Assembly: GCA_964464605.1 (NCBI GenBank)
Contig: CAYXJN010000001.1
Coordinates: forward strand, 131,068 to 195,067
Direction of reading: 5' to 3'
From: an uncultured Ignavibacteriales bacterium
GTDB taxonomy: Bacteria; Zixibacteria; MSB-5A5; GN15; FEB-12
Length of the DNA stretch: 64,000 nt
Under the pieces are notes generated by a model. It had not been told where the DNA came from and searched no databases. It saw nothing but the letters and a program-made list of their open reading frames with translations. Positions 38,032 to 49,700 of the stretch are shown here, piece after piece. Positions within the stretch are counted from its first letter, which is position 1; every line of letters starts with the position of its first letter. A program made the position numbers and the translations under genes.

Positions 38032-41000
38032 TCAATAACTTACACGACTCGGTTCGCGGCGGTAATGTTTCCAGCTCAGCACGTCCAGTTCCTTTTGCCC
38101 CATCCGGTGGAGTGATTCCGCTAGCCGCTGGGCGAGCTGTAAGTTGGTAATAAGCGGGATACCGTAGTCGACTGAGGTACGCCGGATCAGGTAACCGTTG
38201 CTGAGTTCTTCGCGGGTGAAGTCTTTGGGGATGTTAATTACCAAATCGACTTTCCGTTCTTTGATGTATTCAAGCGCGTTCGGACTGCCACCTTCGAGCG
38301 GCCAGTGGAGCGTCGTCGCATTGACACCGTGCTGCTGCAAAAACGCAGCCGTTCCGGCGGTGGCAAAAAATTCGACACCATGTTCCGCCATAATCAACGC
38401 GCTTTCCATGAAGGCGGCTTTGTTTTCAATCGGGCCTGTGGATAAGAGTACTTTTTTGATCGGTAAACGGTAGCCGACAGCGATCAACGCTTTCAGAAAT
38501 GCTTCATCAAAATCTCGGCCCAAACAGGCAACTTCACCAGTGGATGCCATTTCGACACCAAGGGTCGGATCGGCACCTTCCAAACGGCTGAATGAAAACT
38601 GCGGCGCTTTAACCCCGACATAATCGAGCTCCATAAAGGAATGCTCATCGGCATCGCACGGGCGACCCATCATGACTCGGGTAGCAGCTTCCACAAAGTT
38701 GCGTCGCAAGACTTTCGAGACAAACGGGAAACTCCGTGATGCTCGCAAATTACATTCGATAACCATCACACGATTCTGTTTTGCCAAAAACTGAATATTG
38801 AAGGGACCATTAATCGACAACGACTGCGCGACTTCAGTGGTGACACGGCGAATTTGGCGCATCGTTTCCAAATAGGTGCGCTGCGGCGGCAATACAAGAG
38901 TCGCATCACCGGAATGGACACCGGCATTTTCGACATGCTCCGACACCGCCCAGCAAATCAACTCACCATCACGGGCGACAGCATCGACATCGATCTCTTT
39001 CGCGTTCTCAATAAACTTGCTTACCACGACCGGATGATCGGGAGACACATCGACTGCCTTGCCCAAAAACGCTTTCAGCTCTTCATCGGTACTGGCAACC
39101 GCCATTGCCGCGCCGGAAAGCACATACGATGGGCGCACGATAACCGGATAGCCGACATCAGACGCGAAAGAATAAATATCATCCATTGAGGTCAGCTCCC
39201 GCCATTGCGGTTGCGGAAGTTTTAGTTTCTCCATAAGCACAGAAAATTTGTGGCGATTTTCCGCGGTGTCGATATCGCGCGGCGAGGTTCCGAGTACGCG
39301 CATCCCTGATTCAAAACAGGGCATGGCGAGTCGGTTCGGAATCTGGCCACCCATGGAAAGAATGAGACCAATCGGTTTTTCTTTCAGATAAATTTCAGAA
39401 ACAGCTTCAAACGAAAGTTCGTCGAAATACAACCTGTCACACTCATCATAATCGGTACTGACTGTTTCCGGGTTATGGTTGAGCATCAGTGTGCGATAGC
39501 CAAGTTGTCTGAGTGATCGCGCGGTGTTAACACAGCACCAGTCAAATTCAACGGAACTGCCGATTCGATACGCACCCGGCCCAAGAATGAGGACACTTCC
39601 CTCCTGTGCGAAATCGACATCATCCTCACTGCCGTTGTAAGTCAGATACAAATAATTGGTAACGGCCGGATATTCGGCTGCCAGCGTATCGATCTGTTTA
39701 AAGACAGGGTGCAATGAAAAATTCCAACGCCGTTCTCGAATCTGTTTTTCGGTTTTACCGACAGCAATGCCAATTTGCGTATCAGAAAATCCAAGCTGCT
39801 TAGCGCGTTTAAGCAAAGGTGCTTCTAATTCACCCGATTTCTTTTCTTTAAGCGCTTTTTCAGTTTCGACGATGTTTTTGATTTTTTCCAAAAACCAGGG
39901 ATTGATATGCGTGATGCTGTGAATCTCTTCAACTGTCATTCCCTGTGCTAATGCTTCGGCAACCGCAAACACGCGGCGGTCGGTTGGTTCGGCTAATTCT
40001 TTTCTGAGGTCTTCAAAATTTATTCCTTCATTAAGCACTAATCCCTTTGCGCCGATATCAAGCATGCGAAGCGCTTTTTGCAAAGCCTCTTCGAATTTTC
40101 GCCCAATAGCCATCACTTCACCGACAGATTTCATCGCAGAACCGATACGTTGCGACACGCCGCGAAACTTTTGCAAATCCCAGCGTGGCGCTTTCACGAC
40201 TATATAATCGAGCGCCGGTTCAAAACAGGCTTTGGTGACTTTGGTGACAGAGTTGCTCACTTCGGTGAGCGGGAATCCTAAGGCAAGTTTGGCTGCAACG
40301 AAGGCGAGGGGATAGCCGGTTGCTTTGGATGCTAACGCTGAGCTTCGTGATAAGCGCGCATTGATTTCGATAACGCGATACTCGCGCGCGTGCGGCGAAA
40401 GCGCGTACTGGATATTACATTCACCGACAATTTTCAAGTGTCGCACCACGCGAATCGCGATTTCGCGCAGCATCTGGTATTCATCATTCGTTAATGTCTG
40501 GCTCGGAGCCACAACAATACTTTCACCGGTGTGAATACCCATCGGGTCGAAATTTTCCATATTACAAACAGTCAGACAGGTATCGAACTGATCGCGCACG
40601 ACTTCGTATTCGATCTCTTTCCAGCCGGTGAGATATTCTTCAACCAGCACCTGACCGGTGTGGGCGAACGCGCGATTTGCTAATTTGCTGAGATCTTCCT
40701 GATTGCGGCAGATACCGGAACCTAATCCGCCAAGCGCGAATGCTCCACGCACCATTACCGGATAGCCGATTTCATCGGCTGCTTTGAGTGCATCTTCAAC
40801 TGAGGTCACTGCGAAACTACGCGGGGTGAGAACATCAACTTCTTTTAGACGATTGGTAAATCGTTCACGATCTTCGGTATCGATAATCGATTCAATCGGA
40901 GCGCCCAAAACACGCACATTATATTTGTCGAGAATACCACGTCTGTGCAATTCAACACCGCAGTTGAGCGCAGTTTGACCGCCGAAGCCCAGCAAAATCG

Positions 41001-41244
41001 CATCCGGTTTTTCTTTTTCAACGACTCGCTCGACAAATTCCGGATTCACCGGCACGAAATAGACTTCATCAGCGAGATGTTCGGAGGTTTGAATCGTCGC
41101 GACATTCGGGTTGATTAAGACAACGCGAATCCCTTCCTCTTTCAGCGCTTTGATCGCCTGAGAGCCGGAATAATCGAATTCCCCCGCTTCCCCAATTTTC
41201 AGGGCGGAACTGCCGAGTACTAAAACGGTTTTGGGTAGGTTCAT
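38032..41244 (-). CDS. carB: Carbamoyl-phosphate synthase large subunit
   Basis: GEAGEFDYSG, two ATP-grasp halves (GIHTGESI; GVHSGDAT), EFDWCCV, C-terminal MGS domain. Confidence 0.97.
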   Translation of the reverse strand: MNLPKTVLVLGSSALKIGEAGEFDYSGSQAIKALKEEGIRVVLINPNVATIQTSEHLADEVYFVPVNPEFVERVVEKEKPDAILLGFGGQTALNCGVELHRRGILDKYNVRVLGAPIESIIDTEDRERFTNRLKEVDVLTPRSFAVTSVEDALKAADEIGYPVMVRGAFALGGLGSGICRNQEDLSKLANRAFAHTGQVLVEEYLTGWKEIEYEVVRDQFDTCLTVCNMENFDPMGIHTGESIVVAPSQTLTNDEYQMLREIAIRVVRHLKIVGECNIQYALSPHAREYRVIEINARLSRSSALASKATGYPLAFVAAKLALGFPLTEVSNSVTKVTKACFEPALDYIVVKAPRWDLQKFRGVSQRIGSAMKSVGEVMAIGRKFEEALQKALRMLDIGAKGLVLNEGINFEDLRKELAEPTDRRVFAVAEALAQGMTVEEIHSITHINPWFLEKIKNIVETEKALKEKKSGELEAPLLKRAKQLGFSDTQIGIAVGKTEKQIRERRWNFSLHPVFKQIDTLAAEYPAVTNYLYLTYNGSEDDVDFAQEGSVLILGPGAYRIGSSVEFDWCCVNTARSLRQLGYRTLMLNHNPETVSTDYDECDRLYFDELSFEAVSEIYLKEKPIGLILSMGGQIPNRLAMPCFESGMRVLGTSPRDIDTAENRHKFSVLMEKLKLPQPQWRELTSMDDIYSFASDVGYPVIVRPSYVLSGAAMAVASTDEELKAFLGKAVDVSPDHPVVVSKFIENAKEIDVDAVARDGELICWAVSEHVENAGVHSGDATLVLPPQRTYLETMRQIRRVTTEVAQSLSINGPFNIQFLAKQNRVMVIECNLRASRSFPFVSKVLRRNFVEAATRVMMGRPCDADEHSFMELDYVGVKAPQFSFSRLEGADPTLGVEMASTGEVACLGRDFDEAFLKALIAVGYRLPIKKVLLSTGPIENKAAFMESALIMAEHGVEFFATAGTAAFLQQHGVNATTLHWPLEGGSPNALEYIKERKVDLVINIPKDFTREELSNGYLIRRTSVDYGIPLITNLQLAQRLAESLHRMGQKELDVLSWKHYRREPSRVSY

Positions 41245-42365
41245 GAAACAGTAGCGTAACGGCTCAGCCGCGTTACCTGCGCAACGAATTCATCAAAAAT
41301 ATATGCGGTATCAACAGGGCCGGGAAATGCTTCCGGGTGAAACTGCACCGAGGCAAACGGCTTGGAGGCATGTTTGATTCCTTCAAGCGTGTTATCATTC
41401 GCGTTGCGGAACCAAACTTTCCAGTCACTCGGCAAGGTCTGCTCACGGACGGTGTAGCCATGATTTTGTGAAGTGATTACGCATCGTCCAGTTGTCTTGT
41501 TACCGTTGTTGGTGCTGTATTCGATACATGGCTGGTTCTGACTGCGATGGCCGAACTTTAATTTGTAGGTATCAGCGCCAACCGCTAATGCAAGCAACTG
41601 CTGTCCCAAACAAATACCAAGAATCGGTTTCGATAATGCCAAAGCCCGTTCGATATTGCGAATAGTCATCGCGCACATCTTCGGATCGCCGGGGCCATTG
41701 GAAATCAGTATGCCGTCGAAATCGTAATTCAGAAAATATTGATCATGCGGCACGCGGATGACATTTACATTTCGGGCAAGCAACGACCGGATAATATTCG
41801 CTTTGCAGCCGCAGTCGATAAGTACGATAGTCGGCGCGCCGTCGCTTACTTGGTAGCGCACCATTTCTTTGACTGATACCTGTTCAACAAGATTACTGTT
41901 TTTGGTATCGACGAGGGATGCGTTTTCGACCCCATCGATTTCGATTCGGCCGAGCATTGTCCCATGTTCCCGTAGTTTTTTGGTGACGGCGCGGGTGTCT
42001 ATTCCGGAAAGAGCGGGAATCTGCTCTGATTTAAGCCATTGGTCGAGGCTTCGGGCGGCCGTGCGATGGTGGTATTGCTGTGAATATTCGGAAACAATAA
42101 GCGCGGAAGCTTGAATTTTGGGGGATTCAAAGCCGATCGGCAGGCCGAATTTGTCCGTCGCATAGGGCGGGACACCGTAATTGCCGATGAGTGGATAGGT
42201 ACAGACTAAAATTTCGCCGCTGTAGGAGGGGTCGGTAAGGGCTTCGGGGTAGCCGACCATGCCGGTATTGAAGACCACTTCGCCAGAAACCGAGCCGCGG
42301 TGTCCGAACAGCTCCCCTTCGAATACGGAGCCATCTTCCAGTACCAACCGGGCGATTTCACTCAT
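41241..42365 (-). CDS. carA: Carbamoyl-phosphate synthase small subunit
   Basis: GEVVFNTGMVGY..LTDPSY, SNGPGDP, GICLG (catalytic Cys), QFHPEA. Confidence 0.97.
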   Translation of the reverse strand: MSEIARLVLEDGSVFEGELFGHRGSVSGEVVFNTGMVGYPEALTDPSYSGEILVCTYPLIGNYGVPPYATDKFGLPIGFESPKIQASALIVSEYSQQYHHRTAARSLDQWLKSEQIPALSGIDTRAVTKKLREHGTMLGRIEIDGVENASLVDTKNSNLVEQVSVKEMVRYQVSDGAPTIVLIDCGCKANIIRSLLARNVNVIRVPHDQYFLNYDFDGILISNGPGDPKMCAMTIRNIERALALSKPILGICLGQQLLALAVGADTYKLKFGHRSQNQPCIEYSTNNGNKTTGRCVITSQNHGYTVREQTLPSDWKVWFRNANDNTLEGIKHASKPFASVQFHPEAFPGPVDTAYIFDEFVAQVTRLSRYATVS

Positions 42366-42597
42366 GACTTGGCCTTTGCCTGCGATAACGGGTATGAAGT
42401 TGTCATTAAAAGTTCAATTTACAGGGGAAAAGCTGGACTGGCAAGAGGGAAAAGTAAGGGTATTTTTTCTTTAATTACCAATTTCTAGCTTTGAATTCGA
42501 AACCAATCTTTTATCAACAACTTAAAACGAGTGATTTCATCATCATTCAATGAGCAGCTATGTGCAATCACATTTCGTATCATATTGAATTGAGATA

Positions 42598-42722
42598 GGG
42601 TCGCCCACAGCTTGCTGTGGGGTCAGTTGATATATAAGAAAACCCACCCGTTGGGTGGGGTACCAAGAATAAGAGTTTCACGATGTGTCTTGTATTATCA
42701 CACCCTCAAGGGTGTGCCACCC
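42598..42722. repeat. Cluster of three short GC-rich hairpins with GGT-containing flanks (REP-like)
   Basis: CCCACAGC-TT-GCTGTGGG (42604-42621), CCCACCC-GTT-GGGTGGG (42643-42659), CACACCCT-CA-AGGGTGTG (42699-42716). Confidence 0.55.
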
Positions 42723-42735
42723 ATATCAGATAAAT

Positions 42736-45396
42736 TTACTTCTTCAACTCTTCCGGCCAGTTTTGGACAAGAATGAATTCGGCGTTTCCTTCGGATTCTG
42801 CGCGGACATGAATCAACAAGCGTTGGCCGTCGGGTGAAATGCGAAACGGCATAAGCGTAGTTGTAGCATTGAAAAAATACGGACGTTCAAACAGCTTTAC
42901 GGGCATTCCCAATTCAAACCCGTTCGTGTACGAAACCGGAACCGACCAGAAGCCATTTTCAGGAGCCGGAGTAACATAGATTATCTCTTTTCCATCCGGC
43001 GACCATTGCGCCCCGCGTGTGCCCGATGTGGTCACTTGCCATTTCCCGCCCTGCTCGCCGAATTCACGCACAAACATTTGATAGTCGCCGGTTTCATTAC
43101 TGCCGTATGAATAAAACTTTCCGTTTGGCGCAAACATGGCATTGAGTTCGTCAGCAGGAGAATTTAAAAGCGGCGTTAATTTTTTATCGGCGAACGATAG
43201 TAAATTGATATCGACCTTTCCCGTCTGGAACGAAGTTACCAAAGCAAATCTGCCATCCGGTGAGATATCGGTTGCTCCAATGGCAGACGAATCAAGACGA
43301 ACGAAGGTTTCTTCAGCACCGGTTCCGTTGGTATTGCGCATCATAATGCCAAAGTTGACTCCGTCGATTGATTTTGAATAGATAACTTTGCTGCCATCCG
43401 GCGTGAATAGCGGCCAGACATTGTATTTGGGGCCAAAGGTAAGGCGTGATGTTACCTGCCGTTTGATATCCCGTACCCAGGAATCAACAGTAGCTCCATC
43501 GTCCATTTCAATATCATAGGCAAGCCGTGAACCATCGCGCGATAGCGTGAATGATTCGTATTTATCCGGCGCACCCTCCACACCGACTGAGTCCCCCTTT
43601 CGGTTAACCCAGATCAGGTTTTTGGACAGATTAGTGCCACCTCGCTGGTAGATAAGCGTACCGTCATCAGCCACGCTGAACAGCGCTCGGGGAACAAAAT
43701 TCCGTACCCCGGTAGCAACAGGAGCAGGTTCACCGGTTACCTTGAGTTTGTCCGCGTCAAACGGCTGTGCTAAGAGCGTATTATTTTTGGCATAGAGAAT
43801 GTACCCGTTGCTATATTCAACGCGGGAAGGCACTTCTATCAATTCCACATTTTCAAGCGATTTGATGGAGCCGACACGCAGCATGTACTTTTGTCCCCCG
43901 TCTATATATCCCACATACAGGAAATGGATACCATCCGGTAAAAACCAAGGCCACGCGGTAGCGGTTTCTTTCTTCGAGCGGTCTATTCCGGTCGCTGCGG
44001 AAGGAGTTCCGCCGGAAGCAGGAACCTGTTGAATCGAATCTCCATTGCGACCGTCAAAAAGAATCACTCCGGCGCTCCCCCATGTACCATCCGCCCCGAA
44101 GTTCGTTTCGCAAATAATCTGCGGTGTACCACCCACGAGTGAAATTTTCTTGAGCTGCTTGCCGTCGAAATAGGCCAACTGCTTGCTGTCGGGCGACCAA
44201 AAATGGCGGTTATTTTCACCCGGAGACAGATTAACCAATAAACGGGCATCCAATGAATTGATCGGTCGTACCCATATGCCGCGCTGACTAAAGGAATCAG
44301 TCGCCTGAAAAGCCAGCAGAGTACCATCGGGTGACAGGCGCGGCCAGGTAACAGCAGTAAGTTTGGCAGCAGGCAAAATGGAGAAGCGAGCCACACTCTT
44401 TTGCGGAATTTCCCGTGTGAGATACAGAAAAGCAAACGCAGCCGCACCAATCGCGAACAGAGCCGCAGCTATCCACGCAAATCGTTCACGGGATTTTCGA
44501 CGCTGCGATACCGGAATCGGTATGCCGACTTGCGAGCCGCCGTCAGTTATCCATTGTAGTGCTCGTTTCAAATCTCCGGCCGATTGCCAGCGATGATCCG
44601 GGTCTTTTTCCAAGCACTGACGAATCACCCGGTCGAGCATCGGCGGGGACATCGGCTGGATATCCGAAATCGGTCGTGGATTCTCTTTGAGAATTGAGGC
44701 AATGATACTCGCCTGGCTGGTTCCTTCAAAAGCACGTTTGCCGACGGCCATTTCGTACAGAATTGCACCGAAGGCAAAAATATCGCTGCGTACATCTGCC
44801 TCTTTCCCTTCCAACTGCTCAGGAGACATGTATTGCAGTGTGCCGACAATTGTTCCTTCACCCGTTAACGGTGTGCTCGTGCGGGTGATGTCGCTCATGC
44901 CCGTCACTACTCCGCTATTCATCTGAATTTTGGCAAGACCGAAATCCATCAGTTTCGCACCGGTTTTGGTGAGCATGATATTACCCGGTTTCAGGTCCCG
45001 GTGAATCAATCCTTTGCGATGCGCTTTATCGAGCGCGTCGGCGATTTGTGAAGTAATTAGCAGCAATTCAGGTAAAGGCAACGCGCCTTTGGCTAACCGG
45101 GCTGAGAGCGTTTCCCCGTCGAGATACTCCATCACTAAATAATCAACGCCGTTTTCATTCCCGATGTCATAGAGCGTACAGATATTCGGATGGTTGAGGC
45201 TGGAAATCGCTTTTGCTTCCCGCTCGAATCGCTGTTTTACCTCCGCATTTGCGGCAACATGGGTAGAAAGAATTTTGATAGCGACCGTGCGATCAAGGCG
45301 AGTGTCTTTGGCCTTATAGACTTCCCCCATCCCGCCGACGCCGGCAGGGGATTCGATAGTATATGGTCCGAGTTTTGTTCCGGGTGTGAGGGACAT
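42736..45396 (-). CDS. Membrane-anchored Hanks-type Ser/Thr kinase with external PD40/TolB-like beta-propellers
   Basis: GVGGMGEVY, VAIK, HRDLKPGN, DFG, YMSPEQ; one TM; repeated SPDG blades. Confidence 0.93.
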   Translation of the reverse strand: MSLTPGTKLGPYTIESPAGVGGMGEVYKAKDTRLDRTVAIKILSTHVAANAEVKQRFEREAKAISSLNHPNICTLYDIGNENGVDYLVMEYLDGETLSARLAKGALPLPELLLITSQIADALDKAHRKGLIHRDLKPGNIMLTKTGAKLMDFGLAKIQMNSGVVTGMSDITRTSTPLTGEGTIVGTLQYMSPEQLEGKEADVRSDIFAFGAILYEMAVGKRAFEGTSQASIIASILKENPRPISDIQPMSPPMLDRVIRQCLEKDPDHRWQSAGDLKRALQWITDGGSQVGIPIPVSQRRKSRERFAWIAAALFAIGAAAFAFLYLTREIPQKSVARFSILPAAKLTAVTWPRLSPDGTLLAFQATDSFSQRGIWVRPINSLDARLLVNLSPGENNRHFWSPDSKQLAYFDGKQLKKISLVGGTPQIICETNFGADGTWGSAGVILFDGRNGDSIQQVPASGGTPSAATGIDRSKKETATAWPWFLPDGIHFLYVGYIDGGQKYMLRVGSIKSLENVELIEVPSRVEYSNGYILYAKNNTLLAQPFDADKLKVTGEPAPVATGVRNFVPRALFSVADDGTLIYQRGGTNLSKNLIWVNRKGDSVGVEGAPDKYESFTLSRDGSRLAYDIEMDDGATVDSWVRDIKRQVTSRLTFGPKYNVWPLFTPDGSKVIYSKSIDGVNFGIMMRNTNGTGAEETFVRLDSSAIGATDISPDGRFALVTSFQTGKVDINLLSFADKKLTPLLNSPADELNAMFAPNGKFYSYGSNETGDYQMFVREFGEQGGKWQVTTSGTRGAQWSPDGKEIIYVTPAPENGFWSVPVSYTNGFELGMPVKLFERPYFFNATTTLMPFRISPDGQRLLIHVRAESEGNAEFILVQNWPEELKK

Positions 45397-45511
45397 TTAC
45401 AGTAAAGAGAGAAAAAGCAGACGTTGACGCAACAATAAACTCTGTCGGCCATTGTGTTAAATCCCCTTCATATATATGTTTGCAAAACCCGCAACGAAGG
45501 AGTTACCCGGT

Positions 45512-46684
45512 ATGCACTTTGGCAAACATATGCGCGAGCACTGGATGCTCGACCCAAAAAGTATTTACCTCAATCATGGAACAGTCGGCGCACCACCCAA
45601 ACGTGTTCTTGCCAAACAACAGCAGATTCGCGACGAAATCGAGCAGCATCCGGCGCTGTTCATGTTTCGCAAGCTCGGACATCATGCGGGACTGAAAGAG
45701 AACGCGAAGTTTTATCTTCGTGATGCCGCCACGCTCATGGCCGATTTCATGGGCGCCCGTGGTGAGGATTTGGTATTTGTAGACAATGCCACTACCGGCT
45801 GTAACGCGGTGCTTCGTTCACTGACGTTCAAACCGGGTGACACGGTGCTAACCACAGATATAGCCTATGGCGCAATTACGCTTGCTGCCAAATATGTCAC
45901 GCGCAGAGTTGGCGCAACGGTCAAAGAAGCTGTCACGCCGTATCCTGCTACGCCGGATGAAATGGCGGATGCAATTATCGACAGTATCGATGACACAACA
46001 AGATTATTGATTATCGATCATATAACGGCGGAAACATCGTTCATTCTCCCAGTGGCGAAAATAGCAAAACGTGCTCATGCCAAAGGTGTAAAAGTATTAG
46101 TCGATGGTGCACACACGCCGGGATCGATCGCGCTCGATATTCCCTCCCTCGATGTCGACTGGTACACCGGTAACTTTCACAAATGGGCATGGGCCCCGCG
46201 CAGCAGTGCTTTTCTGTGGGCATCACCGGAAAATCAGCAGGACTTGCATCCGGTTGTTATTTCATGGGGACTCGATAAAGGATTCACCACTGAGTTTGAC
46301 TGGGTAGGAACGCGGGATGTTTCCCCATTCCTTGCCGCGCCGGAAGGTGTCGCGTTTATGAGTGAATTAGGGCTGGATGCCGTCCGCAGTTACAATCATA
46401 AACTCGCGTGGGAAGGGGCGCATATGATTTGCGATCGCATCGGCACGACATTCGAAATCGATGAAGCAATGGTCGGCTGTATGGCAACGTTTCCGCTGCC
46501 GGAGCAATTCGGTTCGACTAAAGAAGAGGCATTTCGTTTGCGGGACGCGCTATTGTTTGAAGACAATATCGAAGTCCAGCTGCATAACTGGCGCGGACGG
46601 CTGTGGATTCGCGTTTCGGCCCAAATTTACAACGATATGGATGATATGAATGCATTAGCAGATGCGATTACCAAAAGAATGTAA
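45512..46684 (+). CDS. Class V PLP enzyme (isopenicillin-N epimerase / cysteine lyase-like)
   Basis: YLNHG..GA.P, VDNAT.G.N, LVDGAH, GNFHKW (PLP Lys), RVSAQIYN; start ATG 45512 (RBS AAGGAG). Confidence 0.88.
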   Translation: MHFGKHMREHWMLDPKSIYLNHGTVGAPPKRVLAKQQQIRDEIEQHPALFMFRKLGHHAGLKENAKFYLRDAATLMADFMGARGEDLVFVDNATTGCNAVLRSLTFKPGDTVLTTDIAYGAITLAAKYVTRRVGATVKEAVTPYPATPDEMADAIIDSIDDTTRLLIIDHITAETSFILPVAKIAKRAHAKGVKVLVDGAHTPGSIALDIPSLDVDWYTGNFHKWAWAPRSSAFLWASPENQQDLHPVVISWGLDKGFTTEFDWVGTRDVSPFLAAPEGVAFMSELGLDAVRSYNHKLAWEGAHMICDRIGTTFEIDEAMVGCMATFPLPEQFGSTKEEAFRLRDALLFEDNIEVQLHNWRGRLWIRVSAQIYNDMDDMNALADAITKRM

Positions 46685-46706
46685 AGGCTGGTAGGTAAAA
46701 GAATAT

Positions 46707-49700
46707 CTATTTCAAACATTCTTTCACACCGGGAGTAGCGAGAAACACCGTTTGAAACTCCGGAGTGGGAAGAAACGAGATAATTTCGTTAATCGTTTCT
46801 TTAGCAGCAGCAAGTGCTTGATTTGCTTTGTCGGGATTGTTCGCCTTGCGGTATAACTCAGCTACATCACGCTCCATTCGCCATAAGTAAGAACGGAAGA
46901 TTCCATCTTTCGCATGAGTGATTGCTTCTTCCAACATGGGGATAGCGTCATTGAATCGCCCAGCTGCCGCTACCACCTTCCCCCTCACCCACAGGCCATC
47001 GATAATCAGCTCACGTGCCTCAGACTGCCGGGCCATTTCAATCGCTTTTACTGAGTACGATTCCGCTTCGGACATGTTACCGATCTGCCAATAGTACAAA
47101 CCTAACGTCGTATTTGTACGAATTTGATACCATAAATGATTGATCGCCGTTGACAGTGCTAATCCTTCATGTAAAAACTGACCTGCTCTTTCGAAATCGC
47201 CGAGTTTGAGCATATCAACACCCAGATCGCGAAGGTTGTCACATTGCGCTGCTTTATTGTTTAACTGTCGTGCCATATCTAATGCCTGAAGGTGCAACCC
47301 GGTCGCTTTTTTTACGTCACCAAGCTCGCGGTAGGCATCGGCCAATCCATTGATACTGCCCGGTAAACCGTTGTTGTCGCTGATTCGGCGGCGAATATCC
47401 AACGAAGCCTGGAAACTGTGGATCGCTTCCTCAAAACGACCGCGTGGAAAATAGCCTAACCCGAGATGGTTTTCTGTCTGCGCCAAGCCACGAATATCGC
47501 CGGTGAGATTTTGTAAACGCTTTGCTTCTTCGAGTTCTTGTAATGCGGTCGGAAAATCTCCTTGATGCACATGCGCTAACGCGAGATTGTTCAAACTGAT
47601 AATCTGCCCGGCTGTATCATCAGCTGATTTTGCGAGCGTGAGGGCCTCGGACAGGATCGGCATTGCCGTACGCCAATCGGCATGACGGTTAAAATGTAAA
47701 AAGCCAAGCGCATTTAATGAACGTACCATTTCAAAATTGTTGTTCTGCGTTTTCATTACCGCTAAGGATTGCTCGGCCATCACAAATGATTCCTGTGTGT
47801 TGCCAAGAATACGATGCACTTCCGACAGTTTTCGCTGAATAACCGCTTTTCGTAATGCATGTTGATTGACGGTTGCGAAAGTAAGTAACCGATCAAAACA
47901 GTTTCGGGCATCTTCTGTTTTGCCTAATAAAAAGTAAGTGTCACCCAATCCTTCGTGGATAGCAGCACTCTGCTCTTCTGATGCATTAGCGGATGTACCT
48001 GAAACTAACGTCAGTGCTTTCTGATAAAATCCGCTCGCATTTTCAAGCGCGTACAGCTCTTTTGCTTGGTCAGCAGCTAATAGCAAATAGGTAACCGCCT
48101 GCTGGTTTTGTCGTGAGGCAAGTAAATGATGTGCAATGCGGGATGCATATTCTCGATCTTTGGCATGACGTTCGATCAACCAATCGGCAATAAGACGATG
48201 ATATTCTTCCCGAAGTTCCGGCAGGATGCCATCATACAGCACTTCACGAATAAGCGGGTGATCGAAGTAATACAAATGTTCTTTATGTCGAATTAGCGCA
48301 TGCTCTTTTTCGAGAGCTTGTAGAATTTTTAATACTTCGATTCGATTTCGCTTGAGACAGCCGACTAAAATATCTGATGGGAAACTTTCCCCTTCGCATG
48401 AGGCAAACTCAAGCAGCTCACGTAATTCACCGCCAATTCCTTCCAAGCGATTGATGATAACATCCTGTACACGCTGCGGCACCGGTAACGCTCTGGCGGT
48501 GTCGGTCAATCGCCAGGTGCCATTTACCAGCTCGACACGATTATTAGCGCGCAGCAACTTGACTAATTCGATGCTGAAAAGGGGATTTCCCAATGAGCGA
48601 TCATACACTGCCTGAGCGAATCGAGGATCTATCGCTTCCCCTTCATGAAGATTGACCAGCAACTGCACCGTTTCTTGCATAGTAAAGCGTTTGAGTTCGA
48701 TCATGTCTGCGATATTATCGATCCGTAGTTGCCGCGTTATCTGCTCTAAGCTTCCTGAATCGGTTTGCCCTTCTCTCCGTTCCTCCTCTCGATGCAGCCC
48801 GACTAACATGATAGGAAGTGAACTGGAACTGCGCGCGAGATAAGAAAACAAGGCGAGGGTCGGTTTATCCGCCCATTGCAGATCATCAATAATCAAGAGG
48901 ATCGGCCGCTCGGTAGCGATAACGGATAACAGCGAAAGAACCGCATCCCACAATTGTTCTTTATTGAGCAGCGTGATACTATCCGATGAGATATTCAAGA
49001 ATGATTTAATGACGGGAATGAGCGGCGTCAGGTCGACACCATGTGTTTTCCCTTTTGCCGTCAGACTCGCAAGGAAATGGTCATCTACCCGGATAAATGC
49101 GCTTTTCAATGCGCTGGCGAATGGGTGATATGGCAGTTGTCCCTCTTCATAAAGGCAGCGGCCATGCAGCACATTCATGCCGTGCGAACGGGCGATACCG
49201 GAAATTGCAGATGCAAATCGGCTTTTACCGATACCAGCCTCACCGCTGGCAAAAATAGTAGCGCCGTGTCCGGCGAGAACTTGCCGGAGTTGATCGGTGA
49301 TTTTTGCAACAATCGCTTCACGACCGACCATCTCTTGCTGTACCGACAATAGATTTTGATCTGTCGAAATAAATTGCAACCGCGGTGTTTGTACTGGTGT
49401 AGTTTGTTGCCCAATTGATCGCAATTCGGCAAACAATACTTCTCCATTATGAAAACGTTCTTCCTTTTGTTTGGCTAAACATTTCATTGCGATACTCACC
49501 AATTCTGTTGGTGCGAAAGGTGCGAGTTCTTCCAACGGCTGCGGTTGATGGTTGACAATTGCATAGAGAACAGCCAAATGATAATCCCCATCAAACGGCC
49601 GCGAACCGGCAAGCAGTTCATAAAAGATAATACCGAGCGAAAAAATATCGGTTCGCGGATCGAGTTGTTCCCCTTGTATCTGCTCCGGCGACATATAATG

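Noticed and set aside
42598..42722. CRISPR mini-array reading of the hairpin cluster
   Set aside because: Units differ in sequence and orientation, spacing is irregular, and no cas genes are present
45442..45470. Sigma-28-like site upstream of the PD40 kinase (TGAAG...GCCGACAG)
   Set aside because: The spacer is 16 nt rather than 14 and both boxes mismatch
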